A DNA stretch of 64,000 bases from Gemmatimonas sp. (GTDB lineage: Bacteria; Gemmatimonadota; Gemmatimonadetes; Gemmatimonadales; Gemmatimonadaceae), in assembly GCA_031414535.1 (NCBI GenBank), contig JANNVQ010000029.1, positions 128,001 to 192,000 on the forward strand, given 5' to 3'. Below, one piece after another: positions 19,006-29,640 of the stretch. The position numbers were made by a program, and so were the translations under genes. The notes under the pieces were generated by a model. The model did not search any database. It saw only the letters and a list, made by a program, of their open reading frames with translations, and had not been told where the DNA came from. The stretch's first letter is position 1, and every line of letters starts with the position of its first letter.

Positions 19006-21671
19006 CCGACGTTCAATCGCGCCTCGCGGCGGCGCTGGCTGACCGGTATCGCATTGAGCGTGAACTCGGCCAAGGCGGGATGGCCACGGTCTATCTCGCG
19101 CGCGACCTCAAGCACGACCGTCAAGTCGCGTTGAAGGTCCTGCGCCCAGAACTCTCGGCAGTGATCGGCGCCGAGCGTTTCTTGGTGGAGATCAAGACGA
19201 CGGCGAACCTGCAACATCCGCACATCCTCGCGCTCTACGACTCGGGCCAGGTGGACGGCACTGTTTTTTACGTGATGCCCTTTGTGGCAGGCGAATCGCT
19301 GCGCGACCGACTCGCGCGCGAGAAGCAGTTGCCCGTCGCCGATGCGCTGCGCATCGCGTCAGAGATTGCGAGCGCGCTCGACTATGCGCATCGGCAGGGC
19401 GTGATCCATCGCGACATCAAGCCGGAGAACATCCTGCTGCACGATGGCCGCGCTCTTGTGGCCGACTTCGGCATCGCGCTGGCCGCGAGCCGCGGCGATG
19501 GCAGCTCGCGGATGACCGAGACGGGAATGAGCCTCGGCACGCCGCACTACATGAGCCCCGAGCAGGCACTCGGCGAGAGGAACCTCGATGCGCGCTCGGA
19601 TGTGTACGCGCTTGGTTGCGTATTGCACGAGATGCTCGCGGGCGAGCCGCCGTTCACGGGGCCCAATGCGCAGGCGGTGATTGCGCGGGTGATGAACTCC
19701 GCACCCGAGCCGGTGACGGCGCTGCGGAAGTCGGTGCCGGATGCGGTGGCCGATGCGATTCTCACGGCGCTGGAGAAGTTGCCGGCGGATCGGTTCGCGA
19801 GCGCGGCGGAGTTCGCGGCGGCATTGAGTGCCGATGGCGCGTCGGGTGCGCACCATACGTCGAGGACGCGCGCGCGTGCATCTGCTAAGACATCGAGAGG
19901 CTCGCGCGTGCTTTGGCCGGCCGCTTTTGTTGTTGCTGCGGTTGCGGCGGCGTGGGGTTGGATGCGCCCGAGCGAATCGGTGGAGTACCCGCCTTCGCGC
20001 CTTGCGATTCCAGCGCCTGGGCTGGGAGGGGGCAACGCAACTCTGCAGAGGATCATCGACATCTCGCCGGACGGGCGCACGCTGATCTACGTCGATGCCG
20101 CCGAAGCCGGCTCTCGTCTCGTGCGCCGGCGTCTCGAGAGCGCGGAGGCGACGCTGCTCACGGCAATTCCGACGGACTTCGCCGGCCCGGTGATCTCGCG
20201 CGACGCACGAGAGCTCGTGGCGACGCACATGGGGCTCTCCCAGATGTTCCGCTTCCCGATTGACGGGGGGAGCGGGAAGCCGCTTCCGCGCGAACTCGCC
20301 TGGTCGAACTACCTCACGTGGGGGGACGATGGATCACTCTGGACAACCCCGCAGAGCGATCGCGCGCGAGGAATCGTACGAATCGCACCGACCGACGAAG
20401 TCAGCTACCTATTCGACACTACGCTCGTCGGCTACAGCCTGCAGGACATTCTCCCAGGCGACCGCTACGGCCTCGCGGTGCGCAATCCTCTTGGCACCGC
20501 CTTCGGACCGGCGTCCGTCGTGGACCTCAAGAGCGGCGAGACTACGCCACTGCTCAGTGTGGACGTGGTGGAGATTCGATACACGCAGGGCCTGCTCGTC
20601 TACGTGCTCAATAGCGGCTCGCTTGAGGCCGTGCGATTCGACCCGCGCACACGGCGCACGAGTGGATCGCCGTTTGTGATTGCCTCCGATGTCTCACTCA
20701 CGGGTGGTGGACAAGCGCAGTTCGCGGTGGCCGACAATGGCACCGTCGTCTACGTGCCAGACAGTCCGCGATCGCTGGTGCTCGTTGACCGCGCTGGCAT
20801 TGCGCGCGTGGCTTTCAGTGAGGGGCGGAACTTCCACATTCCGCGATTCGCACCAGATGGTCGTCGCCTGCTCATCGATTTCACGACCGCCGACGGTCGC
20901 GACGTCTGGCAGCTCGACTTCGCGAGCGGCGCCATGTCGCGGGTGACCTTTGATCGCGACGGACACGATGCAACGTGGGAGCCGGATGGACAGCATCTGA
21001 CCTACGCCTCGGCCAACCGCGCTGGGGGGGCGCTGACGATATACCGGACTGCCGTGGGCCAGTCGGGGCAGGTGGACTCACTCTTCTCAAATGGCGCGGT
21101 CTCCTACACGGGCATATGGCTCCCAGACCGCAGCGCACTCGTAACCGTCGGCACCAGTCTCGCGGGTGACTCACGCTCCGACATCGCCATCGTGCGCAAT
21201 GGCGGGCGAGGCCCGGTGGAACTGTTGGTCGCGACACGATTCGAGGAACACTTCCCCTCGGTATCACCCGATGGCCGCTGGCTCGCCTACGTGTCGGACA
21301 AGTCAGGAACCTCAGACGTCTTCGTGCGGCCGCTTGACCGCGACGGCGAGGAGATTCGTGTCTCGCTCGCCGGCGGGAGCGAGCCGATGTGGGGCCCGGA
21401 TGGGCGCGAACTGTTTTATCGCGAGCCGGTGACGAAAGGCGTGATGCTCACGGCGGCGACACTCAGCCTCGCCCCGGCGCTCGCGGTGACGGCGCGCAAG
21501 CAGTTGTTCGACGTCACGCAGATGTCCACCACCGCGCCGCACTCGAACTACGATGTCTCGCCGGACGGTCGCAGCTTCGCGATGGTACGGCAGAATCCTT
21601 CGACGCGCATAATGGTGATTCAGAATCTTCCAGCGCTGGTGCAGCAGATGGAACGCGGGGAGCAGCGGTGA
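19002..21671 (+). CDS. Ser/Thr kinase 4: kinase(class D)-TM-PD40 beta-propeller
   Basis: ATGA overlap with vapC; Hanks motifs; TM VLWPAAFVVAAVAAAWGW; SPDG repeats. Confidence 0.93.
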   Translation: MTDVQSRLAAALADRYRIERELGQGGMATVYLARDLKHDRQVALKVLRPELSAVIGAERFLVEIKTTANLQHPHILALYDSGQVDGTVFYVMPFVAGESLRDRLAREKQLPVADALRIASEIASALDYAHRQGVIHRDIKPENILLHDGRALVADFGIALAASRGDGSSRMTETGMSLGTPHYMSPEQALGERNLDARSDVYALGCVLHEMLAGEPPFTGPNAQAVIARVMNSAPEPVTALRKSVPDAVADAILTALEKLPADRFASAAEFAAALSADGASGAHHTSRTRARASAKTSRGSRVLWPAAFVVAAVAAAWGWMRPSESVEYPPSRLAIPAPGLGGGNATLQRIIDISPDGRTLIYVDAAEAGSRLVRRRLESAEATLLTAIPTDFAGPVISRDARELVATHMGLSQMFRFPIDGGSGKPLPRELAWSNYLTWGDDGSLWTTPQSDRARGIVRIAPTDEVSYLFDTTLVGYSLQDILPGDRYGLAVRNPLGTAFGPASVVDLKSGETTPLLSVDVVEIRYTQGLLVYVLNSGSLEAVRFDPRTRRTSGSPFVIASDVSLTGGGQAQFAVADNGTVVYVPDSPRSLVLVDRAGIARVAFSEGRNFHIPRFAPDGRRLLIDFTTADGRDVWQLDFASGAMSRVTFDRDGHDATWEPDGQHLTYASANRAGGALTIYRTAVGQSGQVDSLFSNGAVSYTGIWLPDRSALVTVGTSLAGDSRSDIAIVRNGGRGPVELLVATRFEEHFPSVSPDGRWLAYVSDKSGTSDVFVRPLDRDGEEIRVSLAGGSEPMWGPDGRELFYREPVTKGVMLTAATLSLAPALAVTARKQLFDVTQMSTTAPHSNYDVSPDGRSFAMVRQNPSTRIMVIQNLPALVQQMERGEQR

Positions 21672-24304
21672 CCGATGTGGTGAATCGACTCACGGCTGCC
21701 CTTGCGGACCGGTATCGCATTGAGCGCGAGCTGGGGCAGGGCGGGATGGCCACGGTGTATCTCGCACACGACCTCAAGCACGATCGCTTGGTTGCCGTGA
21801 AGGTGTTGAAGCCAGAGCTGGCGGCCGTGCTCGGCGCCGAGCGGTTCGTTGTGGAGATCAAGACCACGGCGAGCATGAGCCATCCGCACATCTTGCCGCT
21901 GTTCGACAGCGGCGCGGCGGACGGCTTCCTCTTCTATGTGATGCCGTTCATCGAAGGCGAGACGCTGCGCGACAAGCTGAACCGCGAGACGCAGCTCGGC
22001 ATCGATGATTCCGTGCGCATCGCGCGCGAAGTGTTGGACGCGCTCGAGTACGCGCACTCGCGCGGCGTGATCCATCGCGACATCAAGCCGGAGAACATCC
22101 TGATGCAGGGTGGCCGGCCGATGATCGCGGACTTCGGCATCGCGCTGGCCGTGTCAGCTGCAGCGGGCGGCCGCATGACGGAAACGGGACTCAGCTTGGG
22201 CACACCGCACTACATGAGCCCCGAGCAAGCGACAGCCGAGAAGGAGATCAGCGGACGCAGCGACGTGTATTCGCTGGCGAGCGTGCTCTACGAGATGCTC
22301 GCCGGCCAGCCGCCGCACCTCGGTGGCAGTGCGCAGCAAATCATTATGAAGATCATCACCGAGCCGGCCGAAGCGGTGACAAAGTATCGGAAGTCTGTGC
22401 CCGCACACGTGGCGGCGGCGGTGGCGACTGCGCTCGAGAAGTTGCCTGCTGATCGATTCGCGACGGCGAGGGCATTCGCTGACGCATTGCAGTCAACCAC
22501 GTACACCCGTGCGGGCGGTCACAGCTTCGCTGCTAGCGCGACGACACCGGACTGGCGCGCCAAGGCGGCCGTTCCGGCGCTCGCGCTCTCGGCCTTGCTG
22601 CTCGCGGTCGTGGTTTGGGGGGCGACGCGCCAAGTGGAACTTCCGCTCGTGGCGCGCTATGAGATTGCTCTCGGTTGGTTGGCCTCCGGTGAGCTTGCGA
22701 ATATGCAGATTTCGCCCGACGGCTCCGAGTTAGTCACGGTGCGCCACTCGGAGGGACGCACGAGTCTTTTTGTGCGCCGCCGAGACCAACTGGAGCCGGT
22801 GGAGTTGGTTGGTACGGAAGGAGCAGGCAATCCCTCGTACTCGCCAGACGGCAGCAAGATCGCGTATATGAACGGCTCCGGCATCTACGTCTTCGACCGT
22901 GCCGCCGGACTCTCAACGCTGCTCACCGACTCGCTGGTCGGTGTACCCGGTGTCGCTTGGGGCTCCGACGGCTACGTGTACTACGACAGCCGCGGGGTGG
23001 GACCGTTACTGCGCGTGCGTGAAACAGGAGGCGCACCGGAGGCAGTCTCGACGCTCGACACCGCCGCGAAAGAGTTGCAACACGTGTGGCCCGACCCGCT
23101 GCCAAACGGGAAGGGCGTGCTGATGGTGATCAATCGCGGTGGTCCCGGCCAGGGCGCGTCCGACACCGATGGAATTGCGGTGCTCGACCTGCGTACGGGC
23201 ACGCATCGCGAACTCTTCCGGGGTGTCTTCGCGCGCTATGCGACGAGTGGGCACCTGTTGTACGTGACGCGTGAAGGTGACCTGATCGCCGCTCCGTTTG
23301 ACCAAGGTCGCCTCGAGGTCACAGGGACGGGCGTCGTCGTCGCGAAGGGGGTTGCCGTGCGCACCGGCGGCACCGGTGCGGTCGATCTCTCGATCTCTCG
23401 CACGGGCACGCTCTGGTATGCGATTGGCGGACGCGGCTCCGCTCAACGGGAGGCGCTGTGGGCGACGCGGGACGGCAGCGTGGGCGCGATGCGTCCGGAG
23501 CTGGTGGGCAACCTCCTCGATGTCGCGATCTCGCCTGACGGCAGGCGACTTGCCTACATCTCACGCGTCAACGACGGTGGGCGCATCTGGGTCCAAGACC
23601 TCGCGAATGGAAACCGCGAGCGACTCACCTTGGAGCAGAGCTTTTCGGAACTCGCATGGAACCGGGATGGGCGCACGCTGATTGGCGGCACTGCGGGGGG
23701 GGTGCTGCACAGGGTGATGGCCGACGGCAGCGCACCGGCCACGGCTCTCGCCAGCGTCACGCGAACCGCCCAGAACGTGCAGTGGACTCCCGACGGGAAA
23801 GGTTTGACCTACGCCATTCGCAATGGCACGGACGTCGAGATTATGTCGTTCCGTCCGGGAAGCGACACTGCGCCCGTCGCATTAGTGCGCACGCCCGGCG
23901 TGAATCGAGCGCCGTCAGTGTCACCGGATGGGAAGTGGCTGCTCTTCCAGTCGGCGCGCTCCGGTGTGAGTCAGATTTTCGTGCGCCAGTTTGCGGGCAC
24001 GGCGGGCGCGCTTCGTCAAGTATCGTCGGGCAACGGGTTCGACCCCGTGTGGTCGAAGGACGGTCGCGAGATCTTTTATCGAACGCTCTACGACTCGCTC
24101 GTGTCGGTGCCGGTACTACCTGGTCCCTCGTTCGCCGTGGGAACTGAGCGTGTGCTCTTCTCCACGCGCGGCGTCACGGATTGGGATGTTATGCCGGATG
24201 GTCGCCGCTTCCTGCTGGTGCGCGAGCGCGAGGCCGCGGAGCCTAAGCGGCTGATCGTTATTGAGAACTTCCACGAAGAGTTAAAGGCGAGGGTGCCTCA
24301 ATGA
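21668..24304 (+). CDS. Ser/Thr kinase 5: kinase(class B)-TM-PD40 beta-propeller
   Basis: GTGA overlap; HRDIKPENILMQGGRP; TM AVPALALSALLLAVVVWG; PD40 repeats. Confidence 0.93.
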   Translation: MTDVVNRLTAALADRYRIERELGQGGMATVYLAHDLKHDRLVAVKVLKPELAAVLGAERFVVEIKTTASMSHPHILPLFDSGAADGFLFYVMPFIEGETLRDKLNRETQLGIDDSVRIAREVLDALEYAHSRGVIHRDIKPENILMQGGRPMIADFGIALAVSAAAGGRMTETGLSLGTPHYMSPEQATAEKEISGRSDVYSLASVLYEMLAGQPPHLGGSAQQIIMKIITEPAEAVTKYRKSVPAHVAAAVATALEKLPADRFATARAFADALQSTTYTRAGGHSFAASATTPDWRAKAAVPALALSALLLAVVVWGATRQVELPLVARYEIALGWLASGELANMQISPDGSELVTVRHSEGRTSLFVRRRDQLEPVELVGTEGAGNPSYSPDGSKIAYMNGSGIYVFDRAAGLSTLLTDSLVGVPGVAWGSDGYVYYDSRGVGPLLRVRETGGAPEAVSTLDTAAKELQHVWPDPLPNGKGVLMVINRGGPGQGASDTDGIAVLDLRTGTHRELFRGVFARYATSGHLLYVTREGDLIAAPFDQGRLEVTGTGVVVAKGVAVRTGGTGAVDLSISRTGTLWYAIGGRGSAQREALWATRDGSVGAMRPELVGNLLDVAISPDGRRLAYISRVNDGGRIWVQDLANGNRERLTLEQSFSELAWNRDGRTLIGGTAGGVLHRVMADGSAPATALASVTRTAQNVQWTPDGKGLTYAIRNGTDVEIMSFRPGSDTAPVALVRTPGVNRAPSVSPDGKWLLFQSARSGVSQIFVRQFAGTAGALRQVSSGNGFDPVWSKDGREIFYRTLYDSLVSVPVLPGPSFAVGTERVLFSTRGVTDWDVMPDGRRFLLVREREAAEPKRLIVIENFHEELKARVPQ

Positions 24305-26973
24305 GCGGAATCGCAGAGCGGTTGTCGGCAGCTCTCGCCGACCGCTACCGCATCGAGCGCGAGCTTGGCCAGGGCGGTATGGCGACGGTGTATCTCGCTG
24401 AGGATCTCAAGCACAAACGTCGCGTCGCGGTGAAGGTCCTGAAGCCCGAGCTCGCCGCCGTGCTCGGCGCCGAGCGCTTCGTGCAGGAGATCACGACGAC
24501 AGCCGCGCTCCAGCATCCGCACATCTTGCCGCTGTTTGACAGTGGCGAGGCGGACGGCTTCCTGTACTACGTGATGCCGTTCATCGACGGCGAAACGCTA
24601 CGAGGCAAGCTCGACCGCGAAACACAGCTTGGCGTGGACGAAGCCGTGCGTATCGCGAGTGACGTGGCGAGCGCGCTGCATTACGCGCACACGCACGGCG
24701 TGATCCATCGCGACATCAAGCCGGAGAACATCCTGCTGCACGATGGCCGGCCGATGGTGGCGGACTTCGGCATCGCGCTCGCAGTCTCAGCCGCAGCGGG
24801 CGGACGCATGACGGAGACGGGCTTAAGCCTCGGCACGCCGCACTATATGTCGCCAGAGCAAGCGACGGCCGAGAAGGAGATCACGGCGAAGAGCGACGTG
24901 TACTCGCTAGGGTCCGTGCTCTATGAGATGCTCACGGGCAACCCGCCGCACGTCGGCGCGAGCGCGCAGCAAATCATTATGAAGATCATCACCACGCCGG
25001 CCGAGCTGGTGACGGTGCATCGCAAGGCAGTGCCTGCGAATGTGGTGGCGGCGGTGGCGACTTCACTGGAGAAGCTGCCGGCCGATCGCTTCGAGAGTGC
25101 GAAGGCCTTCGCCGAGGCACTGAAGAATCCGTCGTATACAACGACGCTCACCGGAGCGGAGGTCGGCGCGTTTGGTGCACAGCGCGGAGTTTCCTCGCGG
25201 CTATTCGCAGCTGTAGGTGCGCTCGCGGCCCTCGCGCTCATTGCCGCGGCCTGGGGCTGGAGCCGTGCCGCCTCGCCAGTGCCGCCTCAGGTGATCCGCT
25301 ATGTGGACGCGGAACTGACCGATAGTCTGCGGGCGACCACGCTCTTCCCCTCCATCGCAATCTCGCCGGACGGGCGTCGCATCGTGTTCGGCGGTGGAGG
25401 ACGGCTCTACCTGCGCGACCGCGACCAGATGACGGTCGTAGCACTGCCTGGCACGGAGCGCGGCATCACACCGGCATTCTCGCCGGATGGGCGGCGCATC
25501 GCCTTCTGCATTCTTAACGCCTCGGCCAACTGTTCGTTGCGCGTGGTCTCGCTGTCCGGCGGGCCTCCGACGACGCTCACGGATGGCGGAGGAGCTAGGG
25601 CCGCATGGGGGCCCGACGGGACCTTCTACCTCTCAGGCAGTGGCTCCGCCGGTCTTCTCCGCCTGCCGGAGACTGGAGGAACGCCGACCCCCTTCACCAT
25701 CCTCGACACGGCGGCCGGAGAGTTGCGGCACGTCGGGCCCGACGCGTTGCCCAACGGTAAGGGTGTGCTCTTCGTCGTCGAACGTGGCGCCGGGGAGGGC
25801 GAGATCGCCGTAGCAGAGTCCGAGACGGGAACGCACCGTCGACTCGGCTTGAGCGGCATCAAGGTGCGGTACGCTTCGGGGCACATTCTCTTCGTAACCA
25901 CCGACGGCACTCTGATGGTCGCCCCGTTCGACCAAGGTCGAATGGCCGTCACCGGCGAGGCCCGCGCCATCGACGAGGGGGGCAGCGTCCAGAATCTGGG
26001 CTCCGATCTCGCCATCTCTTCCACTGGGACCCTGATGTACGCGAAGGGCACCCGCGCCGCCGGTAGGGATCAGGCGGTGTGGATGGAGAGCGACGGGAGA
26101 GAGCGACCCGGGGACCTGTGGACGGCGGACTTCGCCGACCTGGCGTTGTCGCCGGATGGATCGCGTTTGGTGGTGGGCATCCGCGTGAATGGCATCGTGA
26201 CGCTCTGGGTGCGTCAGGGCGAGCGCGGTCAACTTGCGCGGCTCACGCTTGCCGCCGACGGCAGCTGCGTGGAGCCGGCGTGGACGCCGGACGGCCGCTC
26301 CGTCGCGTACATATGCAGGACGGGACCGAGGACTGCAGTGTACCAGCGCCGCGCGGACGGGAGTATGCCGGCGGAGCTGCTCTTCGAGTGGAAGCGGCCC
26401 CTGCCGCCCAGCGACATCGCGTGGACCCCTGACGGACGTACCCTAATCGTGCAGCTGCCCACGCCGGAGGGTGCTGAGTTGTTCAGGATACGCCCTGGGG
26501 TGGACAGCATTCCTGTCCCGCTGCTGGCGACGCGGCTCTTCGGCCGCGCCCCCGCCGTCTCTCCTGATGGTCGCTGGCTCGCGTACTCGAGCAACGAATC
26601 GGAGCGAGGGGAGGTGTACGTCCGTCCCTTTCCCGACCCGAGCGGCTCCCGCACACTGGTATCCACTTCCGGTGGTGTCGATCCCGGCTGGTCGCCGTCG
26701 GGGCGAGAGCTGCTGTTCACGCGGCGTGCAGCGAGCGCCGACGCGGAGGAGATGGTCTCGGTCGCGGTGAATGCGGGAGGGGCAGACTTGAGCGTTGGCC
26801 CGGAGCGGGTCTTATTCACTGCGGCGCGACTCTCCTATTGGGGACGGAGGCCGGACGGCAAGCAATTCGTCATCGTGCGTCCGACCGTCGCCGCTGCACG
26901 AAGCGACGTCAAGGTGGTGGTGGTGGAGAACTGGTTTGCGGAATTGGGTGCGTTTGCTAAGGAGCGGCCGTGA
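24301..26973 (+). CDS. Ser/Thr kinase 6: kinase(class C)-TM-PD40 beta-propeller
   Basis: ATGA overlap; Hanks motifs; TM LFAAVGALAALALIAAAWGW; PD40 repeats. Confidence 0.93.
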   Translation: MSGIAERLSAALADRYRIERELGQGGMATVYLAEDLKHKRRVAVKVLKPELAAVLGAERFVQEITTTAALQHPHILPLFDSGEADGFLYYVMPFIDGETLRGKLDRETQLGVDEAVRIASDVASALHYAHTHGVIHRDIKPENILLHDGRPMVADFGIALAVSAAAGGRMTETGLSLGTPHYMSPEQATAEKEITAKSDVYSLGSVLYEMLTGNPPHVGASAQQIIMKIITTPAELVTVHRKAVPANVVAAVATSLEKLPADRFESAKAFAEALKNPSYTTTLTGAEVGAFGAQRGVSSRLFAAVGALAALALIAAAWGWSRAASPVPPQVIRYVDAELTDSLRATTLFPSIAISPDGRRIVFGGGGRLYLRDRDQMTVVALPGTERGITPAFSPDGRRIAFCILNASANCSLRVVSLSGGPPTTLTDGGGARAAWGPDGTFYLSGSGSAGLLRLPETGGTPTPFTILDTAAGELRHVGPDALPNGKGVLFVVERGAGEGEIAVAESETGTHRRLGLSGIKVRYASGHILFVTTDGTLMVAPFDQGRMAVTGEARAIDEGGSVQNLGSDLAISSTGTLMYAKGTRAAGRDQAVWMESDGRERPGDLWTADFADLALSPDGSRLVVGIRVNGIVTLWVRQGERGQLARLTLAADGSCVEPAWTPDGRSVAYICRTGPRTAVYQRRADGSMPAELLFEWKRPLPPSDIAWTPDGRTLIVQLPTPEGAELFRIRPGVDSIPVPLLATRLFGRAPAVSPDGRWLAYSSNESERGEVYVRPFPDPSGSRTLVSTSGGVDPGWSPSGRELLFTRRAASADAEEMVSVAVNAGGADLSVGPERVLFTAARLSYWGRRPDGKQFVIVRPTVAAARSDVKVVVVENWFAELGAFAKERP

Positions 26974-29615
26974 GTGCACAGGATGTGAAACCGCGCTTGA
27001 CCGCGGCGCTCGCCGACCGGTATCGCATTGAGCGCGAGCTGGGGCAGGGCGGGATGGCCACGGTGTATCTCGCCGAAGACCTCAAGCACAAGCGTCGCGT
27101 CGCGGTGAAGGTCTTAAAGCCCGAACTCGCCGCCGTACTCGGCGCCGAGCGCTTCGTGCAGGAGATTACGACCACGGCGGCGCTGCAGCATCCGCACATC
27201 CTGCCGCTGTTCGATTCCGGCGAGGCGGACGGCTTCCTGTACTATGTGATGCCGTTCATCGACGGCGAGACGCTAAGAGGCAAGCTCGATCGCGAAACGC
27301 AGCTCGGCGTGGACGAATCGGTGCGCATCGCGAGTGACGTGGCGAGTGCGCTGCACTACGCGCACACGCACGGTGTCATTCATCGCGACATCAAGCCGGA
27401 GAACATCCTGTTGCACGATGGTCGGCCGATGGTGGCGGACTTCGGCATCGCGCTCGCGGTTTCAGCTGCAGCGGGCGGGCGAATGACGGAGACGGGCTTA
27501 AGCCTCGGCACGCCGCACTATATGTCGCCCGAGCAAGCGACCGCCGAGAAGGAGATCACGGCGCGTAGCGACGTCTACTCGATCGGCTCCGTGCTCTACG
27601 AGATGCTCAGCGGCAACCCGCCACACACTGGGTCGAGCGCGCAGCAGATCATTATGAAGATCATCACCGCTGCGGCCGAGCCCGTGACGCTCTACCGCAA
27701 GTCGGTGCCGGCGAACGTCGCGGCCGCGGTGGCGAAGTCGCTGGAGAAGCTCCCCGCGGATCGCTTCGCGAGCGCGAAGGAGTTTTCCGACGCGCTGGGC
27801 AATCCTGCATTCGGCGCTGGCGCGTCATCTGGCGCGGTTTCCGCTTCAGGTGCGCCCACATCGCGCCGTCGTCTTCAGTTGGGGCTCGCCGCCATCGCCT
27901 TGGTGGCGCTCACCGCGCTGGTGACCTGGACACTCGCCGCGCCGCGTGACAACGGCGGCGAGAGCGTGCACTTGGCCTTCTCGACGGCGCCGGGCCAGCC
28001 GCTCGGCATTGTCTCGGGTCGCAACGTCGCGATTTCTCCGGATGGGCGGACCATTGTCTACGCGACCGACGACTCCACTGGGCGCGGCGGCTTGCTCGTG
28101 CGTCGGCTCGACGACCTCCGTCACACGCAGATTCCCGACGTGGTCGACCCCCTCTTTCCAGCCTTCTCGCTCGATGGCACCTCAATTGCCTATTTGGAAG
28201 GTCGCCAGCTCAAGCGGGTCGAGCTCGCAGGCGGGACGCCAACCACGCTGGCGGATATCGCGGGCACCTTTCAGGGTGCCGCGTGGACCGCGGATGGCAT
28301 CGTGGTGTCGATCAACGGCGTGTTGTCGCTCGTGCCAAGCACGGGAGGGACTCCGGTCCCGCTGCTTCCTGGTGACTCCCTGCGCGGGTACTGGCCGGTG
28401 ACCCTCTCTGGAGGGACGACCATCGCGTTCCAAATCGGGCTGACGTCTCTGGGCCCAATCAAGCTGCTCGACATACGGAAGCGCCGCGCGACGACATTGG
28501 CTGTTACCGGGGCACCAGTGGGCGTAATGGATGGCCGCTTCATTTTCTTCAGAAACAGCGCGTTGTGGGCGGTGTCTTTCGACGAAGCAGGACCTAGCGT
28601 GTCGGGGGTGGAACGCGAGGTGCTCCCGGAAGTGCGATTCTCAGTCCTCAGCCAAGCGAAGGCGGCGGTATCGTCCAGCGGATCCCTCGTCTACGTGTCG
28701 GGGGTGAGTCGCCGGCAAATGGTGCTGATGGATATGCGCGTCAATATGCGAGGCGTGGCTCAACCCTTGTCGATTCCGATTTCTCGCATGCAGTCACCGC
28801 GGTTCTCTCCGGACGGACGACGGGTGATGGCACATATCGCGGCATCTGGGCGCGAGGATGTTTGGATTTACGATTTGGCGTCGGGCACGTCGCAACGGAT
28901 GACGTTCGACGGTACAGAGAACATGCGCTCGGAATGGTCGCCGGATGGCACGCGTATTCTCTATCGAAGCATTCGCGGGGATCCGAACGTCACCTTCTGG
29001 TGGCAGCCGTCCGACGGAAGTGGAAGTGCGTCCGAACTCGCGGCCTTCGCTGGACGTGACTTATGGCAGGCCGTGCTCACGCCGGACGGAGAGACAGTGG
29101 TCTTTCGCACGGGGACGCTCGGCCAGGCAGATATCTTTTACCGTCGACTGACGGGCGACACGGTGACCAAGCCGATTGCCAACACCAGATTTGACGAAGT
29201 CGGACCGCGACTCTCGCCTGACGGAAAATGGGTCGCGTATACGACGGACGCCTCTGGCACGAGTGAGGTCGTGGTCCGGCCATTCCCAGGCCCCGGTGCT
29301 CCGATTGCGGTCTCGGCGGCGGGAGGCGCGACACCTGTTTGGACGCGTGACGGGCGCCGCATCATCTATGCGGTCGGTACGCAGATGATGGAAGCGACTG
29401 TCACTACGAGCCCCACGTTCGCCGTCACTTCGCGCCGTGCGCTCTTCCAGGGAGATTTCTACTTCAACCCGGCGCACGCGATGTTCGATGTGTCACCCGA
29501 CGGGAACTCGCTCCTGATGCTGCGGAACGACCCGAGCAGCGCCGAGCAGATTGTGGTGATTCACAATTGGCAGGCGGAGCTCAGGGCGAAAGCGAAAGCG
29601 GGGGGCACTCCCTGA
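26970..29615 (+). CDS. Ser/Thr kinase 7: kinase(class C)-TM-PD40 beta-propeller
   Basis: GTGA overlap; Hanks motifs; TM LGLAAIALVALTALVTWTL; PD40 repeats. Confidence 0.93.
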   Translation: MSAQDVKPRLTAALADRYRIERELGQGGMATVYLAEDLKHKRRVAVKVLKPELAAVLGAERFVQEITTTAALQHPHILPLFDSGEADGFLYYVMPFIDGETLRGKLDRETQLGVDESVRIASDVASALHYAHTHGVIHRDIKPENILLHDGRPMVADFGIALAVSAAAGGRMTETGLSLGTPHYMSPEQATAEKEITARSDVYSIGSVLYEMLSGNPPHTGSSAQQIIMKIITAAAEPVTLYRKSVPANVAAAVAKSLEKLPADRFASAKEFSDALGNPAFGAGASSGAVSASGAPTSRRRLQLGLAAIALVALTALVTWTLAAPRDNGGESVHLAFSTAPGQPLGIVSGRNVAISPDGRTIVYATDDSTGRGGLLVRRLDDLRHTQIPDVVDPLFPAFSLDGTSIAYLEGRQLKRVELAGGTPTTLADIAGTFQGAAWTADGIVVSINGVLSLVPSTGGTPVPLLPGDSLRGYWPVTLSGGTTIAFQIGLTSLGPIKLLDIRKRRATTLAVTGAPVGVMDGRFIFFRNSALWAVSFDEAGPSVSGVEREVLPEVRFSVLSQAKAAVSSSGSLVYVSGVSRRQMVLMDMRVNMRGVAQPLSIPISRMQSPRFSPDGRRVMAHIAASGREDVWIYDLASGTSQRMTFDGTENMRSEWSPDGTRILYRSIRGDPNVTFWWQPSDGSGSASELAAFAGRDLWQAVLTPDGETVVFRTGTLGQADIFYRRLTGDTVTKPIANTRFDEVGPRLSPDGKWVAYTTDASGTSEVVVRPFPGPGAPIAVSAAGGATPVWTRDGRRIIYAVGTQMMEATVTTSPTFAVTSRRALFQGDFYFNPAHAMFDVSPDGNSLLMLRNDPSSAEQIVVIHNWQAELRAKAKAGGTP

Positions 29616-29640
29616 TGCCCGCAACAAAGGTGGAGGCGAT

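Noticed and set aside
28731..28752. ATATGCG repeated at a 12-bp period (MDMRVNMRG) in kinase 7
   Set aside because: Probably a 4-codon in-frame duplication; too short to interpret.
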